From: a virus
Direction: 5' to 3' (one strand)
Length of the DNA stretch: 64,000 nucleotides
Virus record (IMG/VR): IMGVR_UViG_3300048672_001165
Coordinates: 29,685 to 93,684 of that record
Positions 60,056 through 64,000 of the stretch are shown piece by piece. Position numbers and translations under genes: made by a program. Numbering within the stretch: the stretch's first letter is position 1; the number at the start of each line of letters is the position of its first letter. The notes beneath the pieces were generated by a model that worked only from the letters and a program-made list of their open reading frames with translations, made no database searches and was not told where the DNA came from.

Positions 60056-60634
60056 ATGGCACCCTCATTTCCCCTCATCAACACATCTGACCAGCTCAAA
60101 ATGCATAAGCTTGGTGTTCATGCAGTTGGCTTCACCTATGAAGCCAACCCTAACATGATCAAGTACAACACAACCACGACCATGGAAATGGACGTGAAGT
60201 ATATCGTTGATCATGTCACTAGTCTTGTAAAAGAAGATTTACACGTCAATGAAGCGGCTTTCTTTGACAACAAAAGCCGCTTGCAGTTTGTGTTGTATGA
60301 CGTAGGTGGTATCAATAAGCTTGAGAAAGGCAACTTTGTGATGGTGCGGCAGTGCTTTGACAAAAGTGTACAAGAGCAGCTTGGTCACGAAATGCACTAC
60401 ATTGGTAAGAATGACAAGTACGCCGTTTTCATAGCTTTACACCGAGGCTCGTTTGATCAAAGCAAAGTTGATCAGTACTTTATTGTTACCCCTTTGGATC
60501 TTTATCCGGCATTTAAAGATCAGGAAAACCAAGTGAGCGTCACTATCACTGACACTGTTGAATATGGCCGTAGTGCTTTCATGGATGTTATTGATCTGCG
60601 CCGCCCTCAAGATTCATTCACCGCCACCATCTGA
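60056..60634 (+). CDS. Hypothetical protein
   Basis: AAGGA RBS, 192 aa. Confidence 0.65.
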   Translation: MAPSFPLINTSDQLKMHKLGVHAVGFTYEANPNMIKYNTTTTMEMDVKYIVDHVTSLVKEDLHVNEAAFFDNKSRLQFVLYDVGGINKLEKGNFVMVRQCFDKSVQEQLGHEMHYIGKNDKYAVFIALHRGSFDQSKVDQYFIVTPLDLYPAFKDQENQVSVTITDTVEYGRSAFMDVIDLRRPQDSFTATI

Positions 60635-60654
60635 CCTTTTTACCTGCCACCACC

Positions 60655-62775
60655 ATGCATTCTGACAAAATCCCCCTGTCCGCGCTGAGCGTCTGGTACA
60701 CTATCGGTTCCAGTTTTGTGCCGCCCATCAATCCACTGGTGGGAAATAATCTTTACCTTGAAGTGTACTCTGGACCGCAAGCTCAACCTCTGGCAGTGTT
60801 TGACAGGGATGACGCATATCTCAGCATTACCCTTTGTAATACCGATGTCATTGCTGCCAGACATATAGAAGATCTGTTTCCCAAACATCTTGAGGAATTT
60901 CGTCAACTGACGTGGAAGCACTGGGCTGTAAATGACATCAAGGAGGCCTTTGTGAACATCATGCGCACCTTCTACGGGCGACTTGAAACCAACCATCTGG
61001 ATGTACCCGACATGGCCAACGACCTCAACGCTCAACTGGTGCAACTTCGGAAGGTTGATCAGTTCTACTTTCTTAACAACCAAAGTCGAGAACGAAAAGA
61101 AATGATTTTGGTCAATAGCGACAACCCCGCTGAAGACCGAGTCTATGTTGATGGGAATAAATACTACATTGCTATCAATTACAGGGAGGTTAAAGTCGCC
61201 CATAAAGATCAACCTGTAACGCTTTTGCGCAACTACTTGAACTTGCGCATAGAAAAGTTTGCAACTGACGTCTTTAAGCTTGCTGAGATGGTGTCTATCC
61301 AGTGCCAAGGCATGCTTATCCACTATAACTTGGCTGTCTACATGGCAGAACGCTTGAAGCTGATTATGAACAATGAATCCCCCAACACCCCTTTCATGCT
61401 CCAACAGATGCACCCACAGGCCCCCATGCAACAACCTGCACAATTCCCGTTTCAACAATACGGCTACCCTGCCAATCCGCCGCTGTGCGAGCAGATCAAG
61501 ACGGTTGAAGAAGCTCTGATGGTGTTTCCTCAGCGCCTGGCTCATACAGTCTTCAAGCCAAAGGTAGAGTGCCCTGCAACAACGGTGGTCATCCTTGAAA
61601 AGCATGAAGGTGTTATCCCAAATGGCATGTTTGCTGTGACATGCAACTACGCCAACAACCTGTCAACAGTGGTTGTGACGGTAGGTAGCAACTATGCGTT
61701 ATCTAACAGGCATCCTTTGTATCTGTCACTGCTTGTTGAGCAAATGCAACACCTGTTGCATACACCCATGATGAATATGGGCTACTTGACACAATATCAC
61801 CCGCTGGAGCGAGCCAATCAACTCAACCCGCTAGTTTATCAAGCTGCTAAAGCTTTGGCTACAATGCTAGACTTTTTCTACGGGCGTTCTGCTGTTGTTG
61901 CTCATCGGTATTCTCCCCTTGAATACCTCAACACCATTGACTACATGTCAAATACCAACGTCAACGCAACAATTTGGCTGACACAAAAAGAAATGGTTCC
62001 GTACATTGATCTGGTATCAATCCATCAAGGACAGTCGGATCGTATCCGTTGCAATGTCCTTATTTCTACAGCACCCGTTGCCAAAGAGGCTTACGCCCGT
62101 ACTGATGATCCGTTCTTAAACTGCGTTCTTGCACAAATGCTCGCCCATGAGGTCATGGAAAATTTAGGCAAAAACGAAGAACAGGTCAAGGGTATTGCAA
62201 ATCGCATTTCCAAGACCATTTCAAACCAGCTGTTCATCGCTGGTGTTCTCCAACCCCGAAAGGAAGAAACCAACATGTCTACTCAAGAACAACCCGAAAC
62301 TTCCACTCAAATGAACACTGAAAATACCCCAACCAAAACCTACGAGCAGGTCATGGATTCGCCTGCACGTGTTAAGAACCAAGAGGCTGTCGATCGTGAG
62401 ATTGATGATGCTCTAGGTCTTAAACTGATGCAGCTGCGCATGTCCGTTGAGACGTATGAAAAGCTGTCGAAATACGCGGGTCAAAAGGGTATTATCCCTA
62501 AGGCTGCTGTGCGTCAGATCGTAGAACAGTTCCTGAATGGAGCGCCTGAGGAAAGTGAGATCGATCAAATCCGCATGTTGTGCATTGGTGAAACGGCGCG
62601 CTACGGCCTGGAGCAATTCAAGCAGCTGGAAGACCTGCCTGTAGGTTCGCAAGCGCGTCACGACAAGGCTCTGATCATTGTGCGTGAAATCACCACGGCT
62701 CTGGGCGAAGTGGGTGAAATGGTCACCCGCTACGCCAGCTACAAGGACGTCTTGAAGAACGCTAACCTGGGCTAA
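60655..62775 (+). CDS. Multidomain hypothetical protein with C-terminal ribbon-helix-helix-like domain
   Basis: 706 aa; IDDALGLKLMQLRMSVETYEKLSKYAGQKGIIPKAAVRQIVEQFL fits an RHH pattern; internal RBS and in-frame ATG at 62275. Confidence 0.6.
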   Translation: MHSDKIPLSALSVWYTIGSSFVPPINPLVGNNLYLEVYSGPQAQPLAVFDRDDAYLSITLCNTDVIAARHIEDLFPKHLEEFRQLTWKHWAVNDIKEAFVNIMRTFYGRLETNHLDVPDMANDLNAQLVQLRKVDQFYFLNNQSRERKEMILVNSDNPAEDRVYVDGNKYYIAINYREVKVAHKDQPVTLLRNYLNLRIEKFATDVFKLAEMVSIQCQGMLIHYNLAVYMAERLKLIMNNESPNTPFMLQQMHPQAPMQQPAQFPFQQYGYPANPPLCEQIKTVEEALMVFPQRLAHTVFKPKVECPATTVVILEKHEGVIPNGMFAVTCNYANNLSTVVVTVGSNYALSNRHPLYLSLLVEQMQHLLHTPMMNMGYLTQYHPLERANQLNPLVYQAAKALATMLDFFYGRSAVVAHRYSPLEYLNTIDYMSNTNVNATIWLTQKEMVPYIDLVSIHQGQSDRIRCNVLISTAPVAKEAYARTDDPFLNCVLAQMLAHEVMENLGKNEEQVKGIANRISKTISNQLFIAGVLQPRKEETNMSTQEQPETSTQMNTENTPTKTYEQVMDSPARVKNQEAVDREIDDALGLKLMQLRMSVETYEKLSKYAGQKGIIPKAAVRQIVEQFLNGAPEESEIDQIRMLCIGETARYGLEQFKQLEDLPVGSQARHDKALIIVREITTALGEVGEMVTRYASYKDVLKNANLG

Positions 62776-62836
62776 TGACTTCTGGGTGGGTATGATAAAT
62801 ACCCACCTGCCTTTCTTATTCTACCGGAGAAAATAC

Positions 62837-63382
62837 ATGGATGAGTTGAAAAAGAAACTGCTATCGCCCATGACAGAAAGTCTCAACAAAGTCTTAAACA
62901 TGCTGACAGACTTATGGGGTCAGTTAGTAGGCGTGGCCAACGCATGTGCTCTTATTGATAAGCGTTTGGCTATCCTGCAAGAACAAGTCGATAGACAACA
63001 AACTCAACTAGACCAGCTTACCAACACCGTCAAGAGTTTGATGACCGCCACAAGTATTGATCCTATGCAGTTTAATAAGGCTTCTCAGTCAAGCATATTT
63101 GCTGAAGAATATACTGCTCTGCAAAAAAGCATGAGTGCCCATAATGAGCAACTCGTGCAAGCAGCAATGCAAGAAAACCTAGAACGCTTCAAAGCAGAAC
63201 AACAGCGCCTCTTAGCTATGAAAGAAGAAGAGATCAAAGCGCTTAAGAAACAAGTAAATGAAACAACAAAACGACCAGCCTCACCCCTAGAAAAAATAAC
63301 AGAGCCGCCAGTGCTTAATCACAAAAGCTCAAAACCTAAATGGAAAGTATTAGATATGTGGCCTAGTACCCCAAGAAAATAA
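62837..63382 (+). CDS. Coiled-coil hypothetical protein
   Basis: GGAG RBS before ATG 62837; heptad-rich. Confidence 0.6.
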   Translation: MDELKKKLLSPMTESLNKVLNMLTDLWGQLVGVANACALIDKRLAILQEQVDRQQTQLDQLTNTVKSLMTATSIDPMQFNKASQSSIFAEEYTALQKSMSAHNEQLVQAAMQENLERFKAEQQRLLAMKEEEIKALKKQVNETTKRPASPLEKITEPPVLNHKSSKPKWKVLDMWPSTPRK

Positions 63383-63448
63383 AAAAGGTAATAACCAAAG
63401 GTAGCTTTTATAAAAGCTTACCTTTTTCTTTTATGCTGGCATAAAAGA

Positions 63449-63493
63449 AAAACAAGATTGCAGAAATACGCAATCACATATAACAACTATGAG
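63449..63493 (+). promoter_or_regulatory. Putative early promoter
   Basis: AAAACAAGATTGCA-N12-CACATATAAC-AACTA-TG; leader hairpin and TTAGGAGT RBS as at 32425. Confidence 0.7.
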
Positions 63494-63539
63494 ATAAGGA
63501 ATGTCTTCTTATCCAAATGTGTTACTTTAGGAGTTTGAC

Positions 63540-64000
63540 ATGACCCGCATCGTTAACCTGACCCAGCATACCGGCACCCCGACTCAAAGTGAGCAGGGTC
63601 TCATCGAGGTCTCTGCCGAAGACCGCAGCGCCCTGACGGCGCTGCTGACATTCGATTCCCCCCCGGAAGCGGGGGAGATCGACGAACGTGCAGGCGCGAT
63701 CGTGCAGATCGCGCAGAAGTACGGCGCCACGCGCGCCATGATTGGAGGAGCCATGTGGCTCCAGGGCCCGCTGGAGCGGGCCCTGTTCTGTGTTCGAATC
63801 GAACCCGTCTACGGCTTTTCTCGGCGCGCAAGCGTCGAGGAGAGTCTTCCGGACGGCACCGTCCGGAAGGTGCAGGTATTCGAACACGTGGGGTGGGTCC
63901 GCCCGTATAAGGCGGACTTCGAAGTCCGCCCGGAGGCGCCGGCTCCGGCGGTGGAAGGTTGGGTGGTGGTTTGCCTCCCAACCAAACCCTGGGGGGGGCC
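63540..64000 (+). CDS. Csx20/Csx15-like protein (candidate ring nuclease), truncated by the window end
   Basis: Manual translation: MTRIVNLTQHTGTPTQSEQG...AMIGGAMWLQGPLERALFCVRIEPVYGFSRRASVEESLPDGTVRKVQVFEHVGWVRPY...; no stop before 64000; AGGAG RBS. Confidence 0.6.
   Translation, partial: MTRIVNLTQHTGTPTQSEQGLIEVSAEDRSALTALLTFDSPPEAGEIDERAGAIVQIAQKYGATRAMIGGAMWLQGPLERALFCVRIEPVYGFSRRASVEESLPDGTVRKVQVFEHVGWVRPYKADFEVRPEAPAPAVEGWVVVCLPTKPWGG

Noticed and set aside
60640-61605. 321-aa minus-strand ORF and other short nested ORFs in the track
   Set aside because: Fully antisense to or nested in longer coherent genes, with no motif support.
1-64000. tRNA, rRNA, transposase or integrase genes
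   Set aside because: No recognisable cloverleaf, rRNA or recombinase signature found by eye; tRNAscan-SE would confirm.

Overview
This 64-kb window is from a phiKZ-like (Chimalliviridae-type, probably nucleus-forming) jumbo phage. It carries the conserved virion/core block: portal N-terminus, baseplate and virion proteins, RuvC, a CYTH-like protein, RNase H, UvsX/RecA, three virion RNA polymerase subunits (phiKZ gp149-, gp178- and gp180-like), a gp181-like tail protein with a lytic transglycosylase domain, and the gp175-like prohead protease. It also has three paralogous ~1,000-aa tail-fibre/adhesin genes with a chaperone, a two-component spanin, and several accessory early-gene islands. Five islands lie behind a fixed-spacing promoter motif (SCA-N15-ATATHAC-N5-TG), and gene ends share a hairpin plus TTTTATGCCG element. 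The most striking observation is that two early units (32495-33903 and 63540 to the window end) have coding sequences tiled almost continuously with stem-loops, several with UNCG/GNRA tetraloops. The 63540 unit encodes a Csx20-like candidate ring nuclease missing from the ORF track. Family assignments and phiKZ gene numbers come from motif recognition and recalled synteny; no database search or folding calculation was run.
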